The notes under the pieces: generated by a model
Database searches by the model: none
Told to the model about the DNA's origin: nothing
The model's input: the letters and a program-made list of their open reading frames with translations, nothing else
Translations under genes and position numbers: made by a program
Shown: positions 48,026 through 61,295 of the stretch, piece after piece
Layout of the letters: each line of letters starts with the position of its first letter
How positions within the stretch are numbered: position 1 is the first letter of the stretch
NCBI GenBank assembly: GCA_963822965.1
Contig: CAWGJT010000008.1
Location: 1 to 64,000, forward strand
DNA length: 64,000 bases
DNA from: an uncultured delta proteobacterium
GTDB lineage: Bacteria > Myxococcota_A > UBA9160 > UBA4427
Direction of reading: 5' to 3'

Positions 48026-48808
48026 GTGAGCGACCGGGGCACCCTGCTCGTCACCGGCGGTGCGCGCGGCATCGGCGCAGCGACGGCCCGGCTCGCGGCC
48101 GCCGCGGGATGGGCGGTGGCCGTGGGCTACCGGGCGGACGCGGACGCCGCGCGGACCGTCGCTGCGGACGTCTCGGCTGCGGGCGGGAAGGCCTGCACGG
48201 TGCAGGGAGACGTGGCGCGGGAGGCGGACGTCCTGCGCATCTTCGAAGAGGCCGAGGAGACGCTCGGCCCGCTCACCGCGCTCGTGAACAGCGCCGGGAT
48301 CGGAGGCAACCGGGGCGCCGTGGCCGACTTCCGCGCCGACGCCCTCGAGCGGCTCTTCGCCGTGAACGTGATCGGCACCCTGCTGTGCTGCCGCGAGGCG
48401 GTCCGGCGCATGTCGACGCGCCGGGGCGGCACCGGCGGGAACATCGTCAACGTGTCCTCGATGGCGGCCAGCATGGGTGGCCGCGCGGGCGCCAGCGACT
48501 ATGCGGCGTCCAAGGCGGCAGTGGACGTCTTCACGGTGGGGCTCGCCAAGGAGGTCGCCGACCAGGGCATCCGGGTGAACGTGGTTCGCCCGGGCATGAC
48601 GATGACCGACATGACGAGCCGGCTCGAGCAGCACCCGAAGCTGCGGGCGCAGGTGGAGGAGACGATCCCCATGCGACGCATCGCAGAGGTGGACGAGATC
48701 GCCCGACCCATCGTGTGGCTGCTCTCCGACGAGGCGTCGTTCGTGTCGGGGACGTTTCTGGACGCCTCGGGCGGCGGCTTCGTGATCGGCTCTCGGCTTC
48801 GGGACTGA
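48026..48808 (+). CDS. SDR oxidoreductase
   Basis: TGGARGIG, YAASK. Confidence 0.93.
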   Translation: MSDRGTLLVTGGARGIGAATARLAAAAGWAVAVGYRADADAARTVAADVSAAGGKACTVQGDVAREADVLRIFEEAEETLGPLTALVNSAGIGGNRGAVADFRADALERLFAVNVIGTLLCCREAVRRMSTRRGGTGGNIVNVSSMAASMGGRAGASDYAASKAAVDVFTVGLAKEVADQGIRVNVVRPGMTMTDMTSRLEQHPKLRAQVEETIPMRRIAEVDEIARPIVWLLSDEASFVSGTFLDASGGGFVIGSRLRD

Positions 48809-48917
48809 AGGCGCGAGCGGGGCCTCGCGCGGCTGGTCGGCCGTGCCGCTCCTTCCCTATGCTCCGCGGCCCGATGGTTCCGGAAGGAGCCCGATCGTTC
48901 CAGAAGGAGAGCATGCC

Positions 48918-49721
48918 GTGGCCGACCCCGCTGTGATCGTCGAGAAGGACGATCACGTCCTCACCGTGACGCTGAATCGACCCGAGAAGAAGAACGCCGT
49001 CAACTGTGAGGTGATGTGCCGGCTCTACGACGCCTGGGTACAGCTCGACTCCGACGACGAGCTGCGCGTCGCCATCCTCACCGGTCGGGGCGACACCTTC
49101 TGTGCGGGGATGGATCTCGGCGAGATCGGCAAGATGCGCACCGGCAAGCCCGACAATCCGTACATGGAGCGCGCCATGAAGGAGCCCGCGCTCATCTACG
49201 GCGCGTGGCTCAAGACCTATCGGCCCACCAAGCCCGTGATCCTTGCCGCCGAGGGCTTCGCGCGGGCCGGCGGAACCGAGATCCTGCAGGGCACCGACAT
49301 CCGCGTCGCCGGGGAGAGCGCCATGTTCGGCGTCACCGAGGTGCAGCGGGGGCTCTTTCCCATGGCGGGGTCGGCGGTGCGGCTGCGCCGACAGATTCCC
49401 TACGCGGTGGCCGCCGAGATGCTGCTGGCCGGTGAGGATCTTCCCGCCCGGCGTGCCCACGAGCTGGGCCTCGTCAACCACGTGGTACCCGACGGCAAGG
49501 CGCTCGAGAAGGCGCGCGAGATCGCGGCCCGCATCGCCGCCAACGGCCCCCTCGCGGTGCGCGGCATCCTGGCCACCCTGCGCGCCACCGAGACGCTCTG
49601 CGAGGAAGACGCCTTCGCGATCGAGCAGCAGCACGGCATGAAGGTGATGTCTTCGCAGGACGCCGCGGAGGGTCCCCGCGCCTTCCTCGAGAAGCGCGCC
49701 CCGAACTTCAAGGGGAAGTAG
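48918..49721 (+). CDS. Enoyl-CoA hydratase/isomerase
   Basis: LNRPEKKNA, FCAGMD, AGGTE, EKRAP. Confidence 0.93.
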   Translation: MADPAVIVEKDDHVLTVTLNRPEKKNAVNCEVMCRLYDAWVQLDSDDELRVAILTGRGDTFCAGMDLGEIGKMRTGKPDNPYMERAMKEPALIYGAWLKTYRPTKPVILAAEGFARAGGTEILQGTDIRVAGESAMFGVTEVQRGLFPMAGSAVRLRRQIPYAVAAEMLLAGEDLPARRAHELGLVNHVVPDGKALEKAREIAARIAANGPLAVRGILATLRATETLCEEDAFAIEQQHGMKVMSSQDAAEGPRAFLEKRAPNFKGK

Positions 49722-49761
49722 GGGCGGCGCTCCTTCCGGGCGCGTCGGCACCTCGAGCGCG

Positions 49762-50169
49762 TCAGGCGGGCGGGCGCATCAGGACGTCCTGGGCGAGCGC
49801 GGTGTCCATGTACTCCTTGAGGCGGACGATCCGGCCGTCCCGAACCACCACCAGGAAGTGGTACCGGTTGCGGTACGGCACGCCCGAGACGTGCATGCCC
49901 TCGGAGGTGGCCTCGATGGCGACGCGGTCGCCTTCTGCGGTCATGTCGACGATCGTGAACGAGATTCCGTCCGGGAACATGCCGGCGATCATGCCCATTC
50001 CCTCGAGCGCCTGGGCCCGGGTGCGGGTGCCGGAGAACGGGAGCGATCCCGCGGTCCACAGCTCGAAGTCGTCGGCGTAGAGCTCGTCGAGCCTGGCGGT
50101 GTCCGCTCGGGAGATGGCCGCGAGGAGCTCGCGGGCCAGGGCCTTGTTGGGTTCGGGGTCGTTGCCCAT
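49762..50169 (-). CDS. Ketosteroid-isomerase/SnoaL-like protein
   Basis: AEGDRV, YRNRY, KEYMDT. Confidence 0.88.
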   Translation of the reverse strand: MGNDPEPNKALARELLAAISRADTARLDELYADDFELWTAGSLPFSGTRTRAQALEGMGMIAGMFPDGISFTIVDMTAEGDRVAIEATSEGMHVSGVPYRNRYHFLVVVRDGRIVRLKEYMDTALAQDVLMRPPA

Positions 50170-50302
50170 GGCTCCTCCTGCCGGGTCTCCGCTCGTTCGC
50201 CGTCCGGGGTGCGCACAGGCTATCAGCTCCGCCGTCGGGTCTCCTCCCTGGTGGCCGGCGGGCGGCGCACTACCCTGTCGCGATCCTGGGAGGCTCGCCG
50301 TC

Positions 50303-50716
50303 ATGCAGCTCCGATCCGCGCTCGTCGCCGCTCTCGTCCTGGCCCTGGGCGTCGGCTGCTCCACGCCCGCCAGCCGCATCGAGGACCGCCAGCAGCTCTT
50401 CGACGGCTACGACGCCAAGGTCCAGGCCGACATCCGGGCCGGCCACGTGCGTCCGGGCTTCGACGAGGACATGGTCTGGATGGCGCTCGGCGATCCCGAC
50501 GACAAGTCGGTGGAGTCCACCGCCGAGGGCGAGGTGCTCGTGTGGCGGTACATGCGGTCGAGCCCCGGGATCGGCCTGTCGGTGGGCGGGGGCAGCTACG
50601 GCGGCACCAGCGTCGGCGGTGGCGTGGGAGTCGGAACGCCCGCCGACAAGGACGTCGAAGCCGAGGTGCGCTTCCGGGACGGCGTGGCCGTCTACGTCAG
50701 GCAGGCGACCGAGTGA
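50303..50716 (+). CDS. Putative lipoprotein
   Basis: Lipobox LGVGC; Gly-rich segment. Confidence 0.7.
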   Translation: MQLRSALVAALVLALGVGCSTPASRIEDRQQLFDGYDAKVQADIRAGHVRPGFDEDMVWMALGDPDDKSVESTAEGEVLVWRYMRSSPGIGLSVGGGSYGGTSVGGGVGVGTPADKDVEAEVRFRDGVAVYVRQATE

Positions 50717-51120
50717 TCGTCGGCCGGCGGCGCGCGACGCTCGTGCTGCTGGTGGCCGCGGGAGGGCTCGGCTGCGGCGGCCCCGTGCTGTTCTTGCCGG
50801 GCGGAGCGCTTCGGGGCGACGTCGTGGCCGATCCGCCGACCGACTGGCCGTTCGCGGAGTCCGGGCTCCTCGACCTCGAGGTTCGTCCCGACGATCCCTA
50901 CTCGGTGACGATCAGCTACGTGGTGCGGGAAGGCGGCCTGTACATCGATCCGGCCGAGGGCCGCACCTGGCACCGCTGGCTGCGCGAGGACGACCGCGTT
51001 CGCGTGCGCTTCCGCTCCGACGAGCGGGTGTATCCGCTGCGTGCGGTGCTGGTGGGACGCCCGGGCGAGACCCCGGGCTTCGATCCCGACCGCTACGTGT
51101 ACCGGTTGGTTCCGCGCTGA
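50713..51120 (+). CDS. Putative lipoprotein, split-barrel-like
   Basis: LGC..PGGALRG, PDDPYSV, RVRVR..YPL. Confidence 0.65.
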   Translation: MIVGRRRATLVLLVAAGGLGCGGPVLFLPGGALRGDVVADPPTDWPFAESGLLDLEVRPDDPYSVTISYVVREGGLYIDPAEGRTWHRWLREDDRVRVRFRSDERVYPLRAVLVGRPGETPGFDPDRYVYRLVPR

Positions 51121-51223
51121 GCGGGGAAGGACGGGCCCGGCAGGCCGCGACGGCCGTGGTACCGTGCCAGGCCAGGTCGCAGAGCCGAAGACGACACGGC
51201 AGACAGGCCGTAAAGGAGCGGCG

Positions 51224-52240
51224 ATGAAGGTGGACGGTCCGCTGCTGGTGGACGACCCGGCGGACGCCGGTCCGGCGGCCCGCAGGCTCGAGGCCGCGGG
51301 CTACGCGGGTGGGTTCAGCTTCGAGGGACGCCACGATCCCTTCCTGCCCCTGGCGGTCGCCGCCCAGCAGACCGAACGGCTCGAGCTGATGCCGGGCATC
51401 GCCATCGCGTTCGCGCGTAATCCCATGATCCTCGCCAACATCGCCTACGACCTGCAGCTGCTGTCGCGCGGGCGCTTCATCCTGGGCCTGGGCACGCAGA
51501 TCCGCCCCCACATCGAGCGTCGCTTCAGCATGCCGTGGTCGCGGCCGGCGGCGCGGATGCGGGAGCTCGTGCTCGCGATCCGCGCCATCTGGGATCGCTG
51601 GCAGAACGGCACCCGCCTCGACTTTCGTGGCGAGTTCTACCAGCACACGCTGATGACGCCGGTCTTCGATCCGGGCCCGAATCCGTACGGCCTGCCGCGC
51701 ATCTTCTGTGCGGGCGTGGGGCCGAAGATGACCGAGGCCGTCGGCGAGGTGGCCGACGGCTTCTTCGTACATCCGTTCCACACGCCCGAGTTCGTCCAGC
51801 GCACGACGTTGCCCGCCCTGCGGCGCGGGCTCGAGCGGTCGGGTCGTCGGCTCGAGGACTTCGAGATCGCATGCCAGATGATCCTGGTGACCGGGCGCGA
51901 CGAGGAGGAGCTCGTCGCCTCGCGCAACGGCGCCCGAGCGCAGATCTCCTTCTACGGATCGACACCCGCCTATCGTCCGGTGCTCGAGTGCCACGGACAG
52001 GGCGCGCTGCAGGACGAGCTGAACCGCCTCTCCAAGGAGGGCAAGTGGCTCGAGATGGCGGGCCTGGTGGACGACGACCTGCTGGAGAAGATCGCCGTCG
52101 TGGCGCCGCGCAGCGAGGTCGCCGCCAGGGTGCGCGAGCGCTGCGGCGCGTGGGCCGATCGCGTCAGCCTGGTGTCGCACTTCGCCAAGCCCGATCTGCT
52201 CGAGGACGTGGTGGACGATCTCTCGGACGCGCCGGCGTGA
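51224..52240 (+). CDS. LLM-class F420-dependent oxidoreductase (TIGR03617-like)
   Basis: HDPFL, IAIAFARNPM, GLGTQIRPHIERRF, FYGSTPAY. Confidence 0.9.
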   Translation: MKVDGPLLVDDPADAGPAARRLEAAGYAGGFSFEGRHDPFLPLAVAAQQTERLELMPGIAIAFARNPMILANIAYDLQLLSRGRFILGLGTQIRPHIERRFSMPWSRPAARMRELVLAIRAIWDRWQNGTRLDFRGEFYQHTLMTPVFDPGPNPYGLPRIFCAGVGPKMTEAVGEVADGFFVHPFHTPEFVQRTTLPALRRGLERSGRRLEDFEIACQMILVTGRDEEELVASRNGARAQISFYGSTPAYRPVLECHGQGALQDELNRLSKEGKWLEMAGLVDDDLLEKIAVVAPRSEVAARVRERCGAWADRVSLVSHFAKPDLLEDVVDDLSDAPA

Positions 52241-52704
52241 AGGCGCCGTGGCGGGGGCTCGTCCCGACGTGCGCCCTGCTGCTTCTGGGCTGCCCGTTGG
52301 GCCCGTTCCCGGGTGGGGCGCTGCGCGGCGAGGTGGCGCGCGGGGACGTCTCCGACTGGAGCTTCGTCTCGAAAGAGGAGACCTGTCAGCTCGAGACGAA
52401 CCCGGACGATCCCCATTCCGTCAACACCTGGTGTGTCGGCCGGGGGAACGCCCTCTACGTGCCGACCTCGATGGTGCGGGGGCCGTCGGTTCCCAGCGAG
52501 CGGCAGTGGGTTCGCAACGTGCAGACCGAGACGGCCGTGCGGGTGCGCGTTCGGGGCGTCGTCTACGAGCTCGAGGCGTTGCAGGTGACCGACGACCGCG
52601 AGTACGGCACGGCGCTCCGCGCTCTCGAGGAGAAGTACGGCCTCGATCCGGACGCGCGAGACCCCGATCGCGAGATCTGGATCTACCGCCTGCAGCCGCG
52701 CTGA
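52237..52704 (+). CDS. Putative lipoprotein, paralog of 50713..51120
   Basis: LGC..PGGALRG, PDDPHSV, VRVR..YEL, EKYG. Confidence 0.7.
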   Translation: MKAPWRGLVPTCALLLLGCPLGPFPGGALRGEVARGDVSDWSFVSKEETCQLETNPDDPHSVNTWCVGRGNALYVPTSMVRGPSVPSERQWVRNVQTETAVRVRVRGVVYELEALQVTDDREYGTALRALEEKYGLDPDARDPDREIWIYRLQPR

Positions 52705-52725
52705 TCCGGGAGAGGGAGACGTTCC

Positions 52726-53493
52726 GTGGCCCGCGCCGACGCGCACACGATTCCCTTCGCGGAGATCGACACGGTCTTCTTCGACGTCGGGAACACGCTC
52801 GTCTCGATGGACTTCGACTGGGTGAGCGAGGAGCTCTCGGCGCGCGGGATCGCCGCGAGCCCGACCGCCATCCGCCGCGCCGAGGCCGCCGCGCGTCCCC
52901 GGGTCTCGGCGGGCATCGCCAACCGCGACGAGAAGGAGACCCTCGAGACCTTCGCGTTCTACCTCGGTCTGGTGCTGCGCGAGCTCGAGGCCGGACGCGC
53001 GCTGGGGGAGGCGCGCCTGGAGGCCCTCGCCCGCGAGCTCACGCCGGTGCTGCGGGCGCCGGGGCGGACCCACCGGCTGTGGTCGTGGCTCATCCCGGGC
53101 GTGCCGGACGCCCTGCGCGGGTTGCAGCAGGCCGGATTGCGGCTGGCCGTGGTGAGTAACTCGGACGGCTCGGCCGAGGCGTCCCTCGTCGCCCGCGGCC
53201 TGCGGGAGCACTTCCACGCGGTGATGGACTCCCACCTGGTGGGCCACGAGAAGCCCGATCCGCGCATCTTCCAGCGGGCGCTCGAGGCCTGCGGCGCCGA
53301 CCCCGAGCGAACCCTGCACGTGGGAGACCTCTACGCGGCGGACGTGGTGGGCGCGCGCGCCGCCGGCATCCACCCCGTGCTGCTCGATCCCTTCGACGAC
53401 TGGGGCGAGGTCGACTGCGTCCGGCTCCCCGACGTGGGCGTCCTGCGCGCACGTCTCCTGTCCGCACGCCAGCCGGCAAGGTCCGGCGGCTGA
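52726..53493 (+). CDS. HAD-IA hydrolase
   Basis: FDVGNTL, VSN, EKPDP, HVGD...D. Confidence 0.92.
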   Translation: MARADAHTIPFAEIDTVFFDVGNTLVSMDFDWVSEELSARGIAASPTAIRRAEAAARPRVSAGIANRDEKETLETFAFYLGLVLRELEAGRALGEARLEALARELTPVLRAPGRTHRLWSWLIPGVPDALRGLQQAGLRLAVVSNSDGSAEASLVARGLREHFHAVMDSHLVGHEKPDPRIFQRALEACGADPERTLHVGDLYAADVVGARAAGIHPVLLDPFDDWGEVDCVRLPDVGVLRARLLSARQPARSGG

Positions 53494-53505
53494 CGCGATC
53501 GCCCG

Positions 53506-56397
<2,892 letters not shown>

Positions 56398-56400
56398 GGG

Positions 56401-57549
56401 CTAGCGGGTGGCGCTGGCGCTGTCACCGACGCGGTTGGCCTCGGCGTAGACGCCCCGGCGCTCGATGTACACCTGCGTGCGGAGCTTGTCGATCCAGGCC
56501 GTGTACTCCTTCTCCATCTTCTGCTGGAAGAGCGCCTGCTCGAGGGCGGGCTTCGCCTCCTCGAAGGTGACGGGATGGAAGTCGCGCCGTTCGACCACCA
56601 TCAGCAGGTTGCAGCCGAAGTACATCGGGATCACGTCGCTCACCTGCCCGGGGGAGAGGTTCGCCACGGCGGGCGCCATCCAGCCGGCGAGCTCGTCGCC
56701 GTGCACCCAGCCGAGGTCGCCTCCGCGCTCGGCGTTGGTGTCCGAGAAGCGCGAGGCCGCCTCCTCGAAGGTGAGCTTGCCGTCGATCACCTGCTGTCGG
56801 ATGTCTCCCGCCATGCGGCAGGCCGTGTTCTGGTCGCGCATCTTCTCCGCGGCGACGGCGATCAGCAGGTGGCGCAGGTGCAGCTCGGCGCCGGAATCGC
56901 GCTGGTTGCCGTACTTCTGGTTGTAGAGGGCGCGCACCTCCGCGTCGTCGATGGAGACCCGCGAGCGCACCATGCTGCCCAACACCTTGTTGCGCTCGAT
57001 CTCGCTCTTGATCTTGGCGCGATACTCGTCGACGGTGAGGCCGTGGCTCGCGATGCTTCGGCTCATCTGCTCGAGGGTGAGCCCGTTCTCCTTGGCGATC
57101 GCGGCGATGGCCTGGTCGACCTCGGCGTCGGTGGCCGAGAGCTGGGCGCGACGGACGATGTCCTCGATGAGGCGCTGCTCGATGAGCCGCTCGAGCGCCT
57201 CCGAACGCATCGCCCGGATCTCGGACTCGGGCGCGTTGGCCTTGCGCATACGCGCCTCGATGGGGGCCGCCAGCCGTCGCACCTCGGAGACGAGCACGAC
57301 GCCGTTGCCGACCTGGGCCGCGATGCCCTCGATGAGCGCCTCGCTGTCGCTCCGCTCGTCCGCCGGCTGCACCGGGAGCGGGGCCGTGCTGGTGACGGAG
57401 GCGCTGCCGGCGCCGGACGGCAGGAAGCCGCCGGGAATCTCCACGGGGTCGTCGTCCACCGCGGACGCGGGCCCGGCGGGAAGCGCGGCGGCCACCAGGC
57501 AGAGCAACGGGACGGCCGCGAGCTTCGCGAGCGCGGGGTGTCGGCGCAT
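56401..57549 (-). CDS. surA: SurA-like parvulin chaperone
   Basis: Signal peptide, SurA-N helical domain, HLRHLL..GGDLGW rotamase. Confidence 0.85.
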   Translation of the reverse strand: MRRHPALAKLAAVPLLCLVAAALPAGPASAVDDDPVEIPGGFLPSGAGSASVTSTAPLPVQPADERSDSEALIEGIAAQVGNGVVLVSEVRRLAAPIEARMRKANAPESEIRAMRSEALERLIEQRLIEDIVRRAQLSATDAEVDQAIAAIAKENGLTLEQMSRSIASHGLTVDEYRAKIKSEIERNKVLGSMVRSRVSIDDAEVRALYNQKYGNQRDSGAELHLRHLLIAVAAEKMRDQNTACRMAGDIRQQVIDGKLTFEEAASRFSDTNAERGGDLGWVHGDELAGWMAPAVANLSPGQVSDVIPMYFGCNLLMVVERRDFHPVTFEEAKPALEQALFQQKMEKEYTAWIDKLRTQVYIERRGVYAEANRVGDSASATR

Positions 57550-57734
57550 CGAACGACTTCCGAGGTTGGCGCTCCCCGCGGGACCGGCCCGCTCGAGCCT
57601 GCCGTCGGGGATTCGCGGGACGCGCGCATGGTAGCGCCCGGGGCCGATCCGGCCGCCGCCGGCGACGGTGGCTCCAGACCGTGCGGTACGAATTGGCTCT
57701 TTGCGGACCGGATTGGATCCATCATCCTGCCGCG

Positions 57735-59264
57735 ATGCTCGAGCTGGCCTTCCGACCCGACCCCGCCCGCGGCGGGCCCCTCTACGAGCAGCTCGCCGCC
57801 TACCTGGCCGATCTCGTCGAAGCCGGACGCATGGTGGCGGGGGAGCGGCTCCCCGCCTCCCGCGAGCTCGCGGCCCAGCTCGGCGTGAGCCGCAACACCG
57901 TCTGCCACGCCTACCAGATCCTGACCGATCGCCACGTGCTCGCGTCCCACGTGGGGCAGGGAACGTTCGTGGCGGCGCGATCGCTCCGCGGCATCGACGG
58001 CGGGGCCGGCACCGGCAGCTCCGATCGGCGGACGGACCCGCCCGAGCCGGCGCGCGGATTCGCCTGGGAGGGGCTCTTCGCGCTCCGCAACCACCGCATC
58101 GTGCTGCCCTCCGGCGCCTCGGCCCGGCGGGACGGTCGCTTCGACTTCAGCGGCGGTCGCGTCGACCCGCGGCTGCTGCCGGCCGCGGAGCTGCGACGGG
58201 CCTGGTCGCGCGCCGTGGACGGCTCGCTCGAGACGCTGTCCCGGCCCATCGACGCCATGGGTCTACCGGCGCTGCGCGAGGAGATCGCGCTCTCGCTGGT
58301 GGCGCGGGGCATCGCCTGTGAGCCCGAGGACGTGCTGGTCACCACCGGCATCCACCAGGTCTTCGATCTCGTGGGACGCACCCTCGTCGATGCCGGCGAT
58401 GCGGTCGTCGTCGAGCAGCCCGGCTGGTTCCTGGCGGCGCTCTCCCTGCGCGCCGCCGGAGCCCGGCTGGTGGGCGTGCCGGTGGACGACGAAGGCCTGT
58501 GCGTCGACGAGCTCGCCCGGATCCTGCGCGTCCGGCGGGCCAAGCTCATCTACACGACCCCCTCCGCCCAGTCGCCCACGGGCGCGGTGCTGTCCGAGCG
58601 CCGGCGCGAGGCGCTGCTCGAGCTCTCCGACCGGCACCAGATCCCGATCCTGGAGGACGACTACGACAGCGAGCTCCGCTTCGAGAGCGCGCCGCTGCCG
58701 GCGCTGAAGACCCGGGATCCGGCGGGACGCGTGATCTACGCGGGCACGTACTCGAAAGCCCTGTTTCCCGGGCTGCGGGTCGGCTACGTGGTGGCCGCCC
58801 GGCCGCTGCTGGCGCGGCTCGCGCTGCACAAGGCCATCTGCGACTTCTCCACCGACGGCGTCGCCCAGGCCGCCGTGCTGGAGCTGTCCACCTCCGGCGC
58901 CCTCGAACGTCACGTGCGCCGGGTGCGTCGCGTCTACGGTCGGCGCCGCGAGGCGCTGCTCGGCGCTCTCGAACGGCACCTGCCCGAGGGCACCGTCTGG
59001 AAGCGACCCCACGGCGGGCACGCCGTCTGGGTGACGCTTCCCGACGACGTAGACGGACCCGCGCTGCAGGCGGCGGCGGGGGCCGCGGGCATCGTCTACG
59101 CCCGGGGCGACCTCTTCAGCCTCGACGGCCGCTTCGCGGGCTCGCTGGCCCTGTCGTTCGTGAACCTCGACGAAGCGACCCTCGAGGAGGGGATCGCGCT
59201 GCTGGGGCGGCTGGTGGACCGGGCGCCGCGGGCGCCGGCGAGTGGCCGAGGGACGGCGCGATAG
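57735..59264 (+). CDS. GntR/MocR PLP-dependent regulator
   Basis: LPASRELA..GVSRNTV HTH; EDDYDSE; TYSK..PGLRVG. Confidence 0.93.
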   Translation: MLELAFRPDPARGGPLYEQLAAYLADLVEAGRMVAGERLPASRELAAQLGVSRNTVCHAYQILTDRHVLASHVGQGTFVAARSLRGIDGGAGTGSSDRRTDPPEPARGFAWEGLFALRNHRIVLPSGASARRDGRFDFSGGRVDPRLLPAAELRRAWSRAVDGSLETLSRPIDAMGLPALREEIALSLVARGIACEPEDVLVTTGIHQVFDLVGRTLVDAGDAVVVEQPGWFLAALSLRAAGARLVGVPVDDEGLCVDELARILRVRRAKLIYTTPSAQSPTGAVLSERRREALLELSDRHQIPILEDDYDSELRFESAPLPALKTRDPAGRVIYAGTYSKALFPGLRVGYVVAARPLLARLALHKAICDFSTDGVAQAAVLELSTSGALERHVRRVRRVYGRRREALLGALERHLPEGTVWKRPHGGHAVWVTLPDDVDGPALQAAAGAAGIVYARGDLFSLDGRFAGSLALSFVNLDEATLEEGIALLGRLVDRAPRAPASGRGTAR

Positions 59265-59326
59265 ACTCCGGGTCGCGCCCACCGCGCCCCCCCGGTGCCA
59301 CATGGCACCCGTCGCGAGGAGATTCC

Positions 59327-59701
59327 ATGGCCCGTTCCCCCGCCTACCAGCAGCACCCCGAGCACCGCGTCGCTGTCGAGCCGCACCCCGCGCGGGTGCG
59401 CGTCGAGTTCGCGGGAGAGACAATCGCCGACAGCGAGCGCGCGCTGCGGGTGCTGGAGTCGCGACACGACCCGGTCGTCTACGTGCCGCGAGAGGACGTT
59501 CGCCAGGACCTGCTGGAGAAGACGGAGCACACCACGTTCTGCCCCTTCAAGGGCAACGCCTCCTACTACACGATCCGGGTCGGCGATCGCGTCGCCGGAA
59601 ACGCGATCTGGAGCTACGAGGACCCCTACGACGACGTGGCGGCGTTGAAGGGCTGCATGGCCTTCTACGTCGATCGCGTGGACTCGCTCACGGAGGGGTG
59701 A
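59327..59701 (+). CDS. DUF427 protein
   Basis: TFCPFKGNASY, WSYEDP, AFY. Confidence 0.92.
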   Translation: MARSPAYQQHPEHRVAVEPHPARVRVEFAGETIADSERALRVLESRHDPVVYVPREDVRQDLLEKTEHTTFCPFKGNASYYTIRVGDRVAGNAIWSYEDPYDDVAALKGCMAFYVDRVDSLTEG

Positions 59702-60428
59702 GCGCCCGATAGGCCGGGCCCTCGAGCACCGGGACGCAATCGCTGGCGTCGAGGGCGACGGCGAGCGCGACGTCCGCCTCGTCGTGGCGCACGCTCTTCT
59801 CGCGGCCCGAGGCGCACGCCGCCACGAGGGAGGCGAGATCCCGTCGCGCGGCACGGAAGACGGCTTCGGCTGCCAGGGCGTCGGGCGAACGCGTGAGCTG
59901 CGGGGGCAGCGCCGCGACGACCGCACCCGCCCCGCACAGGTCCTCGAAGGCGGGGCGGAGGCTGCCGTCGTGGGGCCAACGCTCGCCCGCCGGCACCACC
60001 AGCACGGTGCCGCCGCTCGCGGCGGCATGACGCGCCACCGCCGTGCGGTTTCGCAGGCAGCCGGCCAGCGTCGTCGCGGTGCCGGTGGCGAGGGAGAGCG
60101 TCGAGCCGTTCGGGGAAGGCAGGACGAGCCGGCAGCCGGCCTCGATGGCCGTGAGCGAGGCCGGCTTCAGGCTGTAGCCGCGCGGATTCGCGCCGGCCAG
60201 AAGCGCCCCGCACTCTCGTGCGTAGGTCGCCGCGGTGTCGTCGCGGAAGCGGTACGGGAGGACGGTGGCGCCGCCGGCCGTCGCCATGTCGACGCACGTC
60301 GAGAACGAGAGCACGTCCACGATCACGACCACGTCACACGCGGGCGAGAGGGCTTCCACGGCGGGAGGACCCCACTCACACCGTACCGCGTAGCCGTGCT
60401 GGAGGAGAGGGTCCGGGTGGAGCGCCAC
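59688..60428 (-). CDS. 2-phosphosulfolactate phosphatase (ComB-like)
   Basis: IVDVLSFST, SPNGS, AGERW, FEDLCGAG. Confidence 0.88.
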   Translation of the reverse strand: MALHPDPLLQHGYAVRCEWGPPAVEALSPACDVVVIVDVLSFSTCVDMATAGGATVLPYRFRDDTAATYARECGALLAGANPRGYSLKPASLTAIEAGCRLVLPSPNGSTLSLATGTATTLAGCLRNRTAVARHAAASGGTVLVVPAGERWPHDGSLRPAFEDLCGAGAVVAALPPQLTRSPDALAAEAVFRAARRDLASLVAACASGREKSVRHDEADVALAVALDASDCVPVLEGPAYRALTPP

Positions 60429-60541
60429 GTCGTTCCGAAGGTAGCAACGAACCGGCAGGCGACGTGCAACGGCCGTTTCGGGGTTCAGGGCCGCACGCCG
60501 TCGGTCCGAAACGAGGGACTCATGCGACCAGGAGGGCCACG

Positions 60542-61264
60542 ATGGACCGGCGACTCTCTTCCTCGAAGAAGATCTCGAGCGCGATCTCCGCGCCGGTCGC
60601 GGTGCTCCTGTGCGGCGCGTTGCTGGGGCTCTCCCTCGGGTGTGACGACCCCGTGGCGACCCTGCAGAGGGCCATCGACGAGGGCAAGAAGGCGGCCGTC
60701 GCCGGCACCCTGTCGGCCCGGGATACGGCGGGTGGCGAGGACTTCTCGGACGACGAGGCGGCGCGCCGGGCGGCCGGCGGCGTCTCCCTCGGACCCGATC
60801 ACGCGAAGCGTCTCTACTACCAGTTCGTCGACGCGCGTGGCCGCGTGGCCTTCGTGGAGCGGCTGGAGGACGTTCCCGCGCAGTGGCGCGACCGCGTGGG
60901 CTTCGTCGAGATGGACTCGGCGCCTCCGCTGTCGCCCGCGATGGCGGAGCAGACGCGCGACCGTCGCTATGCGGCCAACGCCGACAGGTTGCGTCAGCCG
61001 GCCGCGCGTCCCGGCGTTCGCGTGCCCGCCCGGATCGTCCTCTACTCGGCGACCTGGTGCGGCTGGTGCAAGAAGGCCAAACGGCACCTCGACGCCCAGG
61101 GGGTCGACTACGAGATTCGCGACATCGACAACCCCGCGAACCTGGACGAGCTGGTGGCGAAGACCGGCCAGAAGGGAATCCCGGTGCTCGACGTGGGCGG
61201 CAAGGTCGTGACGGGCTTCAGCCCGGACCAGTACGATCGGCTCATCCGCGAAACTCGCACATAG
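60542..61264 (+). CDS. Exported glutaredoxin-domain protein
   Basis: Lipobox-like LGC; WCGWC; GIPV. Confidence 0.8.
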   Translation: MDRRLSSSKKISSAISAPVAVLLCGALLGLSLGCDDPVATLQRAIDEGKKAAVAGTLSARDTAGGEDFSDDEAARRAAGGVSLGPDHAKRLYYQFVDARGRVAFVERLEDVPAQWRDRVGFVEMDSAPPLSPAMAEQTRDRRYAANADRLRQPAARPGVRVPARIVLYSATWCGWCKKAKRHLDAQGVDYEIRDIDNPANLDELVAKTGQKGIPVLDVGGKVVTGFSPDQYDRLIRETRT

Positions 61265-61295
61265 GGCCGCGCCGCCGGGGTAAAATCGGGGCTCG

